This document shows, in pieces, positions 12,819 to 21,889 of a stretch of 64,000 bases of DNA (the stretch's first letter is position 1; the number at the start of each line of letters is the position of its first letter). The position numbers were made by a program, and so were the translations under genes. Source of the stretch: Clostridiales bacterium (GTDB taxonomy: Bacteria; Bacillota; Clostridia; Oscillospirales; CAG-272); the NCBI GenBank assembly GCA_012519315.1, contig JAAYQM010000014.1, positions 158 to 64,157 on the forward strand. Direction: 5' to 3'. The notes under the pieces were generated by a model. That model ran no database searches. It was not told the DNA's origin and saw nothing but the letters and a program-made list of their open reading frames with translations.

Positions 12819-14186
12819 TCAGCTCTCTTTGATATAAATCCGCCCGTTCGGTGCAAGGTAGATGTTTTTGGTGGCAGAACGATAGGTGGCGGAGGATGCC
12901 TCTATTTTGACAATTGGCGGGATCTTAGATGTGGGGGTGAAGTCTGATATATCGATGTAGGAGAAGGAACCGTTATCGTCATGGTAGATATACAGGATGC
13001 CGTTTGATATCTTAAGAGTGACACTGTAAGTATTGTAGATAACAGAGCCGAGAGGAATTTGCATTTCGGGATTATCCAGCGGTATGGCGTAGATGGTTGT
13101 TTCTCTTTTGTCGTCAACTACAGAGGAGATTTGAGTATAGGCGATCCCGTTGTAGACATTGTGAATAAACATTCTGCTGTTGTCAAGACAGGAGTTTTTA
13201 CCGGTTTTGACATTGTAAATGCCGAATCCGTAGGTGGACTCGTAGCCGAAAATGTTGTAGATCAGATACGTATCATCCACAAATCCGAACAGTTTCGGAC
13301 CGTAGTTGTTAATTAGTTTGACAGAATCGGACCTTCCGGTAAATACGACGGTCTCAACTCCGGTTTTTTTGTTTTTCACGTAAAGTGTGGCGTCTCTGCA
13401 TTCCGCTATGAAGTCGGTAGTCTCGTCCTTGTAAAGCTTATAACCTCGCTCGTCATAATTTGCGCCGGCGTGCGGGAAGACGTTTTGCTTTTTCGGATAG
13501 AGGGTGGTGCTTTCTACATTCCGAACATCGCCGTTTGGCACGGGGAGGGTATAAACGATGGCGATATTAACATTGTTTTCGTACATTGATTCGACCATAT
13601 AAAGGGTCTGGTCAGCTTCCGAATAAAAGGTATTGGGTGCCTCATGAAGAAGAAAATCGCTGTCGTCCAGCGTTATGTGGGCATCGAGGAAGGTTTTATT
13701 TTTTAAATCTAAAAAATCTACGGTAAACGTGAGGGGCAACATCTGGCCGTTTCGATAGGAATAGGGCTGTTGGGCGATAATAGCTAAAATGTCATCGCCA
13801 ATTTCGGCAAACTTGACCCGCGGAGAATATCGGTGAGCCATGGGGGACTTGTGTCCAAGTGATTTCAACCGTTTGCCGTAATCCACGAAGGGACAGCCGT
13901 CATAGGGGGACGGCACGCTAGTATAGGTTCTCTTGAATTCCGTCCCGTAGACCTCATCCTTTGCCAGAATAGTATAAAACTCATCGGTATCAATACTGGA
14001 GATGACGGCGGCATCGGGCAGCAGGATTTCCAGCAGTCGGAAGGACGGGATGTTCTTGTTCCTTTTCTCAATGCCGACAAACAGCGCGCTATCATTGCTG
14101 CCGTCTTCAAAATCGAGTTGACCGATAAACCAAAAGCCGGCGACAAAGCGGTCGGTTATCTGATTGAGCGGTACGTCAGCGCTCAT
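12819..14186 (-). CDS. hypothetical protein (beta-rich, probably extracytoplasmic)
   Basis: 455-aa ORF with normal amino-acid composition. I recognise no family. There is no SD. Its ATG overlaps the stop of the upstream ORF by 11 nt. Confidence 0.55.
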   Translation of the reverse strand: MSADVPLNQITDRFVAGFWFIGQLDFEDGSNDSALFVGIEKRNKNIPSFRLLEILLPDAAVISSIDTDEFYTILAKDEVYGTEFKRTYTSVPSPYDGCPFVDYGKRLKSLGHKSPMAHRYSPRVKFAEIGDDILAIIAQQPYSYRNGQMLPLTFTVDFLDLKNKTFLDAHITLDDSDFLLHEAPNTFYSEADQTLYMVESMYENNVNIAIVYTLPVPNGDVRNVESTTLYPKKQNVFPHAGANYDERGYKLYKDETTDFIAECRDATLYVKNKKTGVETVVFTGRSDSVKLINNYGPKLFGFVDDTYLIYNIFGYESTYGFGIYNVKTGKNSCLDNSRMFIHNVYNGIAYTQISSVVDDKRETTIYAIPLDNPEMQIPLGSVIYNTYSVTLKISNGILYIYHDDNGSFSYIDISDFTPTSKIPPIVKIEASSATYRSATKNIYLAPNGRIYIKES

Positions 14187-14535
14187 CAGAATCCGGGAAG
14201 ACGCGAGAGCTTCTATACCGCTCTTTTACATAGGTAACGAGGGCATCTTCTTTGCTGGGGAAGAGCATATCCATCAGAGAAACAGGCTCAACGTTCGGGC
14301 TTGTCGTACATGTGGTTTGCGGAGGAGATGTTGTGAAGGGCTTTTGCGTTTCTGCCTTCGGTTGGGATGTCAGGGAGTCGGAGACTTCATACAACTCATT
14401 GTCCTGTTCGGTGGCAGGGGCATAATAGTTGCTGATGTTTTGACCGATTGTCACAAACAGCATGGAAAACAGTATGATAACGATACAGACGAGCATAAAA
14501 ACAACCAATTTTCGATTGGACGTAAAAAAGTTCAT
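14176..14535 (-). CDS. hypothetical membrane-anchored protein
   Basis: 119 aa. GGAGG lies 6 nt upstream of the ATG. It has an N-terminal transmembrane (TM) helix (LVVFMLVCIVIILFSMLFVTIG) followed by a T/P/S-rich linker. Confidence 0.55.
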   Translation of the reverse strand: MNFFTSNRKLVVFMLVCIVIILFSMLFVTIGQNISNYYAPATEQDNELYEVSDSLTSQPKAETQKPFTTSPPQTTCTTSPNVEPVSLMDMLFPSKEDALVTYVKERYRSSRVFPDSDER

Positions 14536-14828
14536 GATAATTCCTCCAAAAAGGGGATCGCGGATATCCTGAGAGTAAAAGGTAAGTTATTATCATAAGA
14601 CGCTCAAATTTTGGAAAGATTCCGCAATATTTGGAATTCTCATGAAACCGAAATACTCGCCGAATCGGTCGTTGATTACTTTTCCCGGATATAAAGTATA
14701 TTAATGACCGATCGGGAGATTGTGTCGGAGAGTGAACTCAAGGAGCTGAGGGATGAATATTACCGCTGAGTCGTGCGCGATTGTGATAAAGGGTATGCCG
14801 AACAGCAAAATAACGACCGCAGCAAGTA

Positions 14829-17078
14829 TCAAAACTCTTCTTTGATTTGCCGGATGCGCTTGATAACCTCGTCGGCGCGAAGGCGATCTGTGGCATAGGC
14901 CTTTCGCAGCAGTTCAGGGGGAATATAGTTGTCATATTTATCAAAAACGGGACATTCTTTTTGACCGACTAGGGAAAAAAGATCGATTCCCTCGCGGGAA
15001 AGACGGTCGTCCATTCCGGAGATGAGGGCATATTCTTTGTTTGGCTCCATTTTAAAGGTGATATAATAGCAGCCGTCGTATTCGATGCCGCTGATGTCGT
15101 ATTCCTTTGCATTAAGTGCCAAATAGCGGCGCAAGGTACGGAAGGATCGGGTGCCGAGCCAGGGGAAGAGACACCAGTTATAGCCGCCCAGATGAATAAG
15201 GGAGGATTTCGTAAGACCGGTGCTTGCGGCAAGATGACGAGCCGTTTGCAGCCTTTTTGCGGCGTTGGGCTTCAGATAGGGATAGATAGTGTCCTCTGAG
15301 AGGACCTGCTTCATCCGCTCAAGAATGCGGGTGTGAATTTCGCCGTAGTCCCCCGGCCATGAGATTTCCATTTTCCCTTCTACTGATTTGACATAGATAA
15401 GCCGTCTTTGAATGTCAAGCTCGGTAACCTCCCAAACCCGTCCGGCCAGAGCAAATCGATCGCCGACGGGGGGCGGGGTGGTGATGGTTCCGATCTCGCT
15501 TGATTCAAATCGAACGGTAAAATCCTCACTGTCTTTGAATACCGCATAAAATTTAAAGCTATTTGTAAGCCTTTCCCCGGCAAGACCGACAATAAGGCCC
15601 CGCTCGTCGGTCATTTCGATAAAATCGTTTTTAATCATGGATAGCAGCAGGGTTTTATAGTCCTCCTTGGGGATGGCTGCAAAAGGCGGGAGAGAAAAAA
15701 ATCGCTCGGCAAGTTTTTTTGGGGTGAGTTCTCCCGTAGAGGCAAGGATGCTCAAGGTTTGCTGAAAAGCAAGACTGAAGGGCAGCTTTTTTATAGCAGG
15801 CGGCTCGATAAAACGTTCTTCAATATAAAGCTGAATAATGGCGATAGCCCGTAAAAGATCCCATGGAATCATCTGTGGCAGGGGAGTGTTCGGGAGAGGG
15901 GTCTCCTCACGAAAAACCATCATCATTTCAGGGGGATTGCCCCGTCTGCCTGAGCGTCCGAGCCGCTGTAAAAAGCTTGATACAGAGTTAGGAGAGGAGA
16001 CTTGAGCAACCCTTTCCAGCTTTCCGATATCGATGCCGAGTTCCATGGTGACGGTGGCACAGGTTACGGCAGGAAGCTCCTCATCCTTCATTTTTAGCTC
16101 GGCTTCCTCACGAATGGCCGCCGACAGGTTCCCGTGATGTATAAGAAAAATGTCCGGCTCCTGCCTTTTTGCGGCGATTTGGCGGAGCGTTGCTGTGACA
16201 TATTCGGTTTCCTCCCGTGAATTTGAAAAGATCAGGGACTTTTTATCCTTCACGCAGTCGTAGAGATATTCGTAGCCGGGGTCAAGGGGGGCGTATCCCG
16301 TCCTTTCAAATTCACCTTCTTCGGTGATTTTGCCCTCGGTCTCTTGTGTTTGGTCAAGGGCGGGATTTTGGATATAGAAATGCTCAAGCCCCAGCCGCCA
16401 TTTTATTCTTTGAGATGGCAATTCCGGTGTTGATGTTTTCCGCCCGCTGCCTTCCCCCAGCCATGCGGCGGCTTTTTCAAGGTCGCCTATCGTGGCAGAA
16501 AGACCAACCCGACGGGGTGAGTATTCGATAAGGCGGGAGATGCGCATAAGTTGGCAGATGATCTGATTCCCCCGATCGCTGCCGGTTAGGGTGTGGACTT
16601 CGTCGATTATTACATAGCGAAGATCGCCAAAAATACGGACAATATCATTGGAACGGTTGATTAGCATGCTTTCAAGGGATTCCGGAGTGATTTGCAGAAT
16701 ACCCCGGGGTTCTTTCAGCATTTTTGTTTTGTGGGAGGTTGAGACATCTCCGTGCCAATGATAAACGGGGACTCCGCTTATATCAAGCAGGGCGTCCAAG
16801 CGGGAAAATTGGTCGTTGATTAAGCTCTTCAGTGGAGCGATATATAGCACGGCAATGCTGCTCGGCATATTGCCGTGCAGCTCTGTCAGAATAGGGAAAA
16901 AGGCCGCCTCAGTTTTACCTGATGCGGTAGAAGATGTTAAAAGCAGGTTGTTATCCGTTTCAAAGAGAATTTTAGCGGCGGCAAGCTGAATGTCGCGCAG
17001 GCTTTCCCATCCGTTGGTGTGGATAAATTCTTTGATATAATAGGGAAAACGTGCAAAAAGGCGATCGGCTTCGGTCAT
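14829..17078 (-). CDS. SF2 DEAD/DEAH-box helicase, Lhr-like (Shango SngC-like)
   Basis: 749 aa. Walker A TASGKT (16911..16928), motif II DEVH (16593..16604), motif VI QRLGRSGRRG, and a long (~350 aa) C-terminal extension after the helicase core. It is the third gene of the triad. Confidence 0.85.
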   Translation of the reverse strand: MTEADRLFARFPYYIKEFIHTNGWESLRDIQLAAAKILFETDNNLLLTSSTASGKTEAAFFPILTELHGNMPSSIAVLYIAPLKSLINDQFSRLDALLDISGVPVYHWHGDVSTSHKTKMLKEPRGILQITPESLESMLINRSNDIVRIFGDLRYVIIDEVHTLTGSDRGNQIICQLMRISRLIEYSPRRVGLSATIGDLEKAAAWLGEGSGRKTSTPELPSQRIKWRLGLEHFYIQNPALDQTQETEGKITEEGEFERTGYAPLDPGYEYLYDCVKDKKSLIFSNSREETEYVTATLRQIAAKRQEPDIFLIHHGNLSAAIREEAELKMKDEELPAVTCATVTMELGIDIGKLERVAQVSSPNSVSSFLQRLGRSGRRGNPPEMMMVFREETPLPNTPLPQMIPWDLLRAIAIIQLYIEERFIEPPAIKKLPFSLAFQQTLSILASTGELTPKKLAERFFSLPPFAAIPKEDYKTLLLSMIKNDFIEMTDERGLIVGLAGERLTNSFKFYAVFKDSEDFTVRFESSEIGTITTPPPVGDRFALAGRVWEVTELDIQRRLIYVKSVEGKMEISWPGDYGEIHTRILERMKQVLSEDTIYPYLKPNAAKRLQTARHLAASTGLTKSSLIHLGGYNWCLFPWLGTRSFRTLRRYLALNAKEYDISGIEYDGCYYITFKMEPNKEYALISGMDDRLSREGIDLFSLVGQKECPVFDKYDNYIPPELLRKAYATDRLRADEVIKRIRQIKEEF

Positions 17079-17119
17079 TGGTTATTTCCCCTTTACAATT
17101 GATAAAAAAGGTGCTAAGG

Positions 17120-18472
17120 TCAAAAGTCGATGTCCTCTAGAGATATATCGGCAGAGGTTGGTTTTTCATCTGTCTTTTGCTCCACAGAGGGGGTAACAAT
17201 ATCGTCAAAGGAGATATTGTCATTTTGAACAAGGATGTTGAGCACCGAAAGATAGTCTCTTATGATTTCACGCGGGGTTATAAGCTCGGAGGAGCTGGTA
17301 CGGGAAAGGCACAGATTCATAAAAGCAATCATATTTTCCTCGGTCACTCGCCCCTCGCCGTTAGGATACAATTTTGCGTGAAGCTTTGTCAGTCTTGAGA
17401 TAAGGGCAAGAAGCTCGTCGTTAGAGAGGCGACGAAGGCGGATAATCGGTCCCGAAAAGTCGATAAATGAGCCGCTCGCAAACTGGGTGTCGCAAAGGCG
17501 ACTGCGGAGAGCCTCATATCCGAAAAGACCCCGGCGTGTATCCTCGAGAAATTGGGGTGTCCCCCCGAAAACCATCATCAGCCCTTCAGCTCTTCCTCCT
17601 AGGGTGTTATTGTACATCGAGAGCAGCTTTTCATAATTGTTTTCCCGAGAGATGCGATTGGTTATTTTATAAAGATTGACGCATTCATCGATAAATACCA
17701 CAAACCCGCGGTAGCCCGCGATACGCGCAAAGAGCGCCCACAGCTTGATATAATCGTACCAATTGTCGTCGTTTATCACCCCGCCGACATTAAACCCAAG
17801 GGCTGCGCGCGCCTCTGTTTTGTTTGAAAACTCGCCCCGCAGCCAGCGCAGGCAGGCGCTTCTTTTAGCATCGTCCCCCGACATGGATGCTTTGAAATAT
17901 TGGGTCAGGACAGCGGCAAAATCAAAGCCGCCTACCCCCGATTCAAAGGTGCGAACCGTTTTGTGAATGCGGGTGGAAAGGCTCCGGTCAAAGGCGGGTT
18001 CCTCGGGGGAGAGTCCTTCCTCGACAAGCTCACTTTGCAGCGTGCTGAGCCAACGGGCGATAATTTTCGGGAGAGCGCCGCCGTCGGGAGATGCCTTGGA
18101 AGAGAGATTCTTAATCAGTTCGCGATAGGTGGCAAGTCCGGTGCCGTTGCTGCCGTACAGCCTTCTTTCGGGGGAAAGATCGGCATCGGCACAGATAAAA
18201 TCACGATCGATAGCATAGCCTCGAATCAGCTGGATCAAAAAGCTTTTACCGCTGCCGTATCGTCCGATTATAAAGCGTATTGCCGAGCCGTTTTGTGAAA
18301 CGGTTTCAAGGTCGGACAAAAGGGCGGCAATTTCCCGATGGCGTCCGATTGCGATATAGGGTGCGCCTGACCGGGGCACAACGCCGGCCGATAGGGATGA
18401 CAAAAGCGCACTGAGTATCCGTCGTGGTATGACCGGTTCTTTTGACTGTTGTGTCAAATCGTATTTAGACAT
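17120..18472 (-). CDS. P-loop ATPase, DUF2791/BrxD-like (Shango SngB-like)
   Basis: 450 aa. Walker A GRYGSGKS (18242..18265) and Walker B VVFIDE (17684..17701). GAGGAG SD lies 9 nt upstream of the ATG, inside the 3' end of the upstream gene. Confidence 0.8.
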   Translation of the reverse strand: MSKYDLTQQSKEPVIPRRILSALLSSLSAGVVPRSGAPYIAIGRHREIAALLSDLETVSQNGSAIRFIIGRYGSGKSFLIQLIRGYAIDRDFICADADLSPERRLYGSNGTGLATYRELIKNLSSKASPDGGALPKIIARWLSTLQSELVEEGLSPEEPAFDRSLSTRIHKTVRTFESGVGGFDFAAVLTQYFKASMSGDDAKRSACLRWLRGEFSNKTEARAALGFNVGGVINDDNWYDYIKLWALFARIAGYRGFVVFIDECVNLYKITNRISRENNYEKLLSMYNNTLGGRAEGLMMVFGGTPQFLEDTRRGLFGYEALRSRLCDTQFASGSFIDFSGPIIRLRRLSNDELLALISRLTKLHAKLYPNGEGRVTEENMIAFMNLCLSRTSSSELITPREIIRDYLSVLNILVQNDNISFDDIVTPSVEQKTDEKPTSADISLEDIDF

Positions 18473-20142
18473 TCTTTTAACTCCTCATAATAATCGGCGA
18501 TGATTGAGTACCCGTCTTCATCTTCAAGGAGAATATCACCGCAGATATCTACCGCAAGCTCATTAATGGTATCCGCGATTTTCTCGGGTAACTGATGGTT
18601 ATATCTCGCCATTTGTTCGGCCTCCCCTTTTGACCCGAAAACAACCAAATGCAGAAATTCGGTACATAGAGGGTTCAGCGTAGCCAGAAAGGTTTTGTAA
18701 GGGGAGCCGGAGGGGGGCGCCTGTGTTAAGGTGTTCGGTTCTATCGCCTTGTTGCCGTTCTCGTAGTCTTTAGAGTCGTTCCTCATTTGGATGGTTGAAG
18801 AGGGGGTGGCGGGGGCTTCGTCATTGCCCTCCTCTTCGGCAAAAGAGTTGATAAGCAGATGGGTTGTCTCCCAGGAGCGTTTTTCAATATTAAGGGCTCT
18901 CTCAGAAGAAAGCTCGGTGTGTTCTGCCTCGTAGCCTCTCATATAGCTTTGTTCCTCGGTAGAGGGGGGAGAGACCGCTTTTTTGCTTGGGAAGTGAATA
19001 TCAAAGTAGTGGTTGATTATCTGCTTTACTTCACTTGAAATGCCTGAGACCGCCAAACGGCTCTTGATGCCGAGACGGGCGCGTAGGCGGTTTTCCGCAT
19101 ATCTGACAAGATTAGTCACAGCCAGGCGTAGAGAATAAGATCGATTAAAGGAATAATAGTATATCTCTATTCTTCTTTTTATATTATGGGCGCATAAAGA
19201 GCCACTAAAAGCATCCCTGTAAGTTCTGCATATAGAGTCAGAGCGGGCTGATTTCAGGGCAACATTCTCTTTATCGTTGGCAAGCATAAAGGCAATCGCT
19301 CCGGCGATATGCTTTTTAAACAGGGGAAGGTTGTCCGCGGTAGCATACTTGCTGTTTCGCCAGTTATAATTTGAGGCGAATTGGATCAGCAGCTCTGCAT
19401 AGGTGTCGGAGGAGCTCTCATCAAAGTGCATATAGAATTCTTTAAAAGTGCATTTGTCGATAATTTCGGGGATGATGGGATTCAAGCGTTCTTTAGGGAG
19501 GGGAATGCGATGTATCAGACAGTAATCGCATACCCATTCGGCAAGGTATTTGTCAATGCGATGAAAAACATTTCTGTAAGCAAGCCATACATCGCACAGG
19601 AGGTAAATCCCTTCCCGGGGAGGGATCAGATCGGGGAGATTGATAATCTCGTATATATAGAGCACAAGGTAACTGTAATCGGTATGCAGGTAGATACCCA
19701 TGCGAACGTTTTTTCGCCACCATAGATACCATTCGAGCTGGGAGCGATTCAGTTGCTTATACTGGGGAGTATAGGAAAAGAAGGGGATATATCCAGCTTC
19801 TGATTCCTTTGCGCTGTGCAGTTTTGCGGCATCGGTGCGAAATCCTTCATAGAAACTGTATTGTGAGCTCCATTTTCCGACTTTAACTTTGCTGATAAGA
19901 CCGTTTTTTATCTCATACTCGAATTCGGGAATGAGACGGTTTTTTTCGGTTTCGGACGGCAAATTGAGCTTGTGTTCCTTGTTTTTTTCGGCAGGAGGAA
20001 TATCCTTCGGTTCAAAGGTGATCTCAACCGCTGTTGTGTCCGGCTTTGAGGATGACGAATAGGGGGATATTTTCTTTTTTTGAGGCAAAAGCAGATCTAT
20101 ATCCCAAAAATCATCGCGGTTATTATCCTTTTCAGACGACAA
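18454..20142 (-). CDS. TerB-N / TerB-C domain protein (Shango SngA-like)
   Basis: 562 aa. TTG start with GGAGG 7 nt upstream. TerB-N-like core PFFSYTPQYKQLNRSQLEWYLWWRKNVRMGIYLHTDYSYLVLYIYEIIN (about 19639..19794). TerB-C-like tail ...INELAVDICGDILLEDEDGYSIIADYYEEL. Confidence 0.8.
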   Translation of the reverse strand: MSSEKDNNRDDFWDIDLLLPQKKKISPYSSSSKPDTTAVEITFEPKDIPPAEKNKEHKLNLPSETEKNRLIPEFEYEIKNGLISKVKVGKWSSQYSFYEGFRTDAAKLHSAKESEAGYIPFFSYTPQYKQLNRSQLEWYLWWRKNVRMGIYLHTDYSYLVLYIYEIINLPDLIPPREGIYLLCDVWLAYRNVFHRIDKYLAEWVCDYCLIHRIPLPKERLNPIIPEIIDKCTFKEFYMHFDESSSDTYAELLIQFASNYNWRNSKYATADNLPLFKKHIAGAIAFMLANDKENVALKSARSDSICRTYRDAFSGSLCAHNIKRRIEIYYYSFNRSYSLRLAVTNLVRYAENRLRARLGIKSRLAVSGISSEVKQIINHYFDIHFPSKKAVSPPSTEEQSYMRGYEAEHTELSSERALNIEKRSWETTHLLINSFAEEEGNDEAPATPSSTIQMRNDSKDYENGNKAIEPNTLTQAPPSGSPYKTFLATLNPLCTEFLHLVVFGSKGEAEQMARYNHQLPEKIADTINELAVDICGDILLEDEDGYSIIADYYEELKECLNTI

Positions 20143-20269
20143 AACATCACCTCCGTTAATGGTCTATCGTTAAATTTTACCATACTATAGCCAAATTGTC
20201 AATCATGTAGCCGAATGACGCAGAGTTTATGCGAATTGTTTTCATTGATTTAGTCTTGTAAAAGCGATA

Positions 20270-20298
20270 TTGATTTATTTGTTCCCAAATGCTAGAAT
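20270..20298 (+). promoter_or_regulatory. putative promoter for the glycerate kinase gene
   Basis: TTGATT, a 17-nt spacer, then TAGAAT, with a TGn extended -10. Confidence 0.4.
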
Positions 20299-20359
20299 AT
20301 ATTAATAACCGGAAACATTTTCATAAACAGTTGAAAAAATATAAAATTATGAGGACTTT

Positions 20360-21484
20360 ATGATGAAAATTATCGTTTGTCCCGATTCTTTTAAGGGCAG
20401 TGTGACCTCCCTTGAGGCGGCGGTGAGTATCCGCAAAGGGCTCGCGCTGGCATCCCCCGAGTCCGAAGTTGTTGTATTGCCGGTGGCAGACGGCGGAGAG
20501 GGGACTCTTGATGCCATTGTCCCCGAGGAGAATCGTATTGTCTGTAAGGTGCGGTTTCCGATGGTGAATTCCGAAAGATCGATTGATGCAATATACGGCA
20601 CTCTTGGAGATTGTGCGGTAATTGAGATGTCTCGTGCCGCCGGATTGACTCTTATCAGAGAGGAAGAAAGAAATCCGCTATATGCTTCAACCTACGGTGT
20701 CGGCGAGTTGATAAAGGACGCTCTGGATCGCGGATATCGGCGCATATTGCTTACCGTTGGCGGAAGTGGAACTAATGATGGCGGAACAGGCTTGCTTGAG
20801 GCGCTTGGTGCAGTTTTTTATAATAGAGAAGGGGTGGTCGTTTATGGTAGCGGCGGCGCACTTTCGGAGATGGATAGAATCGATCTGTCAAGCTTAGATA
20901 AAAGATTATCCGAATGCGAATTTACGATCGCTTGCGATGTGACAAACCCTTTAACCGGTCCGAGGGGAGCCACTATGGTTTACGGAGGGCAAAAGGGCGC
21001 TGATGATCAAATGCTTGACACTCTTGAGAGGGGCATGAAAAATTATGTGCGGATTTTGCGGCGTGACTTCGGCGCCGATGTGGATAAAATCCCCGGATGC
21101 GGCGCCGGCGGCGGAATTGCAGCCTCTCTGCTTGCCTATGCTAATGCTAAGATTGTATCGGGTATTTCCGCCGTTTTGGATATTTTAAAGTTTGATACCC
21201 TTCTTGCTGATGCGGATTTTGTAATAACAGGAGAGGGAAAAACGGATATACAAAGTCTTTTTGGCAAGGCGGTCAGCGGAATTGCTTCGGCTGCGAAGGG
21301 GCGAGGGGTGCCGGTTTTTGTTTTTTGCGGTACTATCGGAGAGGGTACCGAAGGAATCTATGATATCGGAGTGAAGGGAATCTTTTCAATTGCCGAGGGT
21401 CCTTGCACACTGGATTATGCGATGGAAAATGCACCCCGGCTTCTATCCCGCCTTGCCTATCGATGGGGAAAAATGTATTTGTAA
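20360..21484 (+). CDS. glxK: glycerate kinase
   Basis: (M)MKIIVCPDSFKGSVTSLEAA..., the typical glycerate kinase N-terminus, and VITGEGKTD near the C-terminus. The second ATG at 20363 has better SD spacing (GAGGA + 7 nt). Confidence 0.9.
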   Translation: MMKIIVCPDSFKGSVTSLEAAVSIRKGLALASPESEVVVLPVADGGEGTLDAIVPEENRIVCKVRFPMVNSERSIDAIYGTLGDCAVIEMSRAAGLTLIREEERNPLYASTYGVGELIKDALDRGYRRILLTVGGSGTNDGGTGLLEALGAVFYNREGVVVYGSGGALSEMDRIDLSSLDKRLSECEFTIACDVTNPLTGPRGATMVYGGQKGADDQMLDTLERGMKNYVRILRRDFGADVDKIPGCGAGGGIAASLLAYANAKIVSGISAVLDILKFDTLLADADFVITGEGKTDIQSLFGKAVSGIASAAKGRGVPVFVFCGTIGEGTEGIYDIGVKGIFSIAEGPCTLDYAMENAPRLLSRLAYRWGKMYL

Positions 21485-21487
21485 AGA

Positions 21488-21532
21488 AAACACGAGGAAC
21501 GCAAGCATACACCGCTTGTGTTCCTTGTGTTT
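21488..21532 (+). terminator. hairpin after glxK
   Basis: AAACACGAGGAACGCAAGC ... GCTTGTGTTCCTTGTGTTT (one G-U pair), followed by a short T run. Confidence 0.5.
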
Positions 21533-21759
21533 AAAAGTTGCTTCTGACAAATAGATGCTATTTTGACATCGGAGGAAAAGAAGCATATACCTGCAAGCGG
21601 AGAGGGACGACCCCGCTAGCTTGCCTGACAAAAAATCTGCCGCCTCAACAGGGGTTACACCATGAAAGTGTGTGATTTGGTGAGACACTTGCAGTGGTGA
21701 TCGGCTGATAGAAGCTTATAGCTTGATGCGGGGCAAACAAAACGCACCCGCAAAAATGC

Positions 21760-21790
21760 GCACCCTCAAATGCTCTGCATTTGAGGGTGC
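21760..21790 (-). terminator. terminator downstream of tRNA-Arg
   Basis: GCACCCTCAAATG / CATTTGAGGGTGC, a 13-bp stem followed on the minus strand by a T-rich tract. Confidence 0.55.
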
Positions 21791-21813
21791 GGTTCGTGTG
21801 CGGCACTTGCCGC

Positions 21814-21889
21814 TGGCGCGCCCAGCAGGATTCGAACCTGCGACCTACCGGTTCGTAGCCGGGCACTCTATCCACTGAGCTACGGGCGC
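21814..21889 (-). tRNA. tRNA-Arg (anticodon ACG)
   Basis: The reverse complement GCGCCCGTAGCTCAGTGGATAGAGTGCCCGGCTACGAACCGGTAGGTCGCAGGTTCGAATCCTGCTGGGCGCGCCA folds as a cloverleaf. Features: 7-bp acceptor stem, anticodon loop CTACGAA, T-loop GGTTCGAATCC and an encoded CCA. Confidence 0.9.

Noticed and set aside
14536-14944. 68-aa ORF 14738..14944 and two ~20-codon plus-strand mini-ORFs in the 290-nt spacer after the helicase gene
   Set aside because: The 68-aa ORF overlaps the helicase 3' end in another frame. The mini-ORFs (MKPKYSPNRSLITFPGYKVY and MTDREIVSESELKELRDEYYR) lack SD sites. They could be gene remnants, but this cannot be supported from the sequence alone.
21443-21875. 81-aa and 76-aa minus-strand ORFs
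   Set aside because: One overlaps the glxK 3' end and its terminator. The other is translated straight through the tRNA-Arg gene. Neither has an SD.
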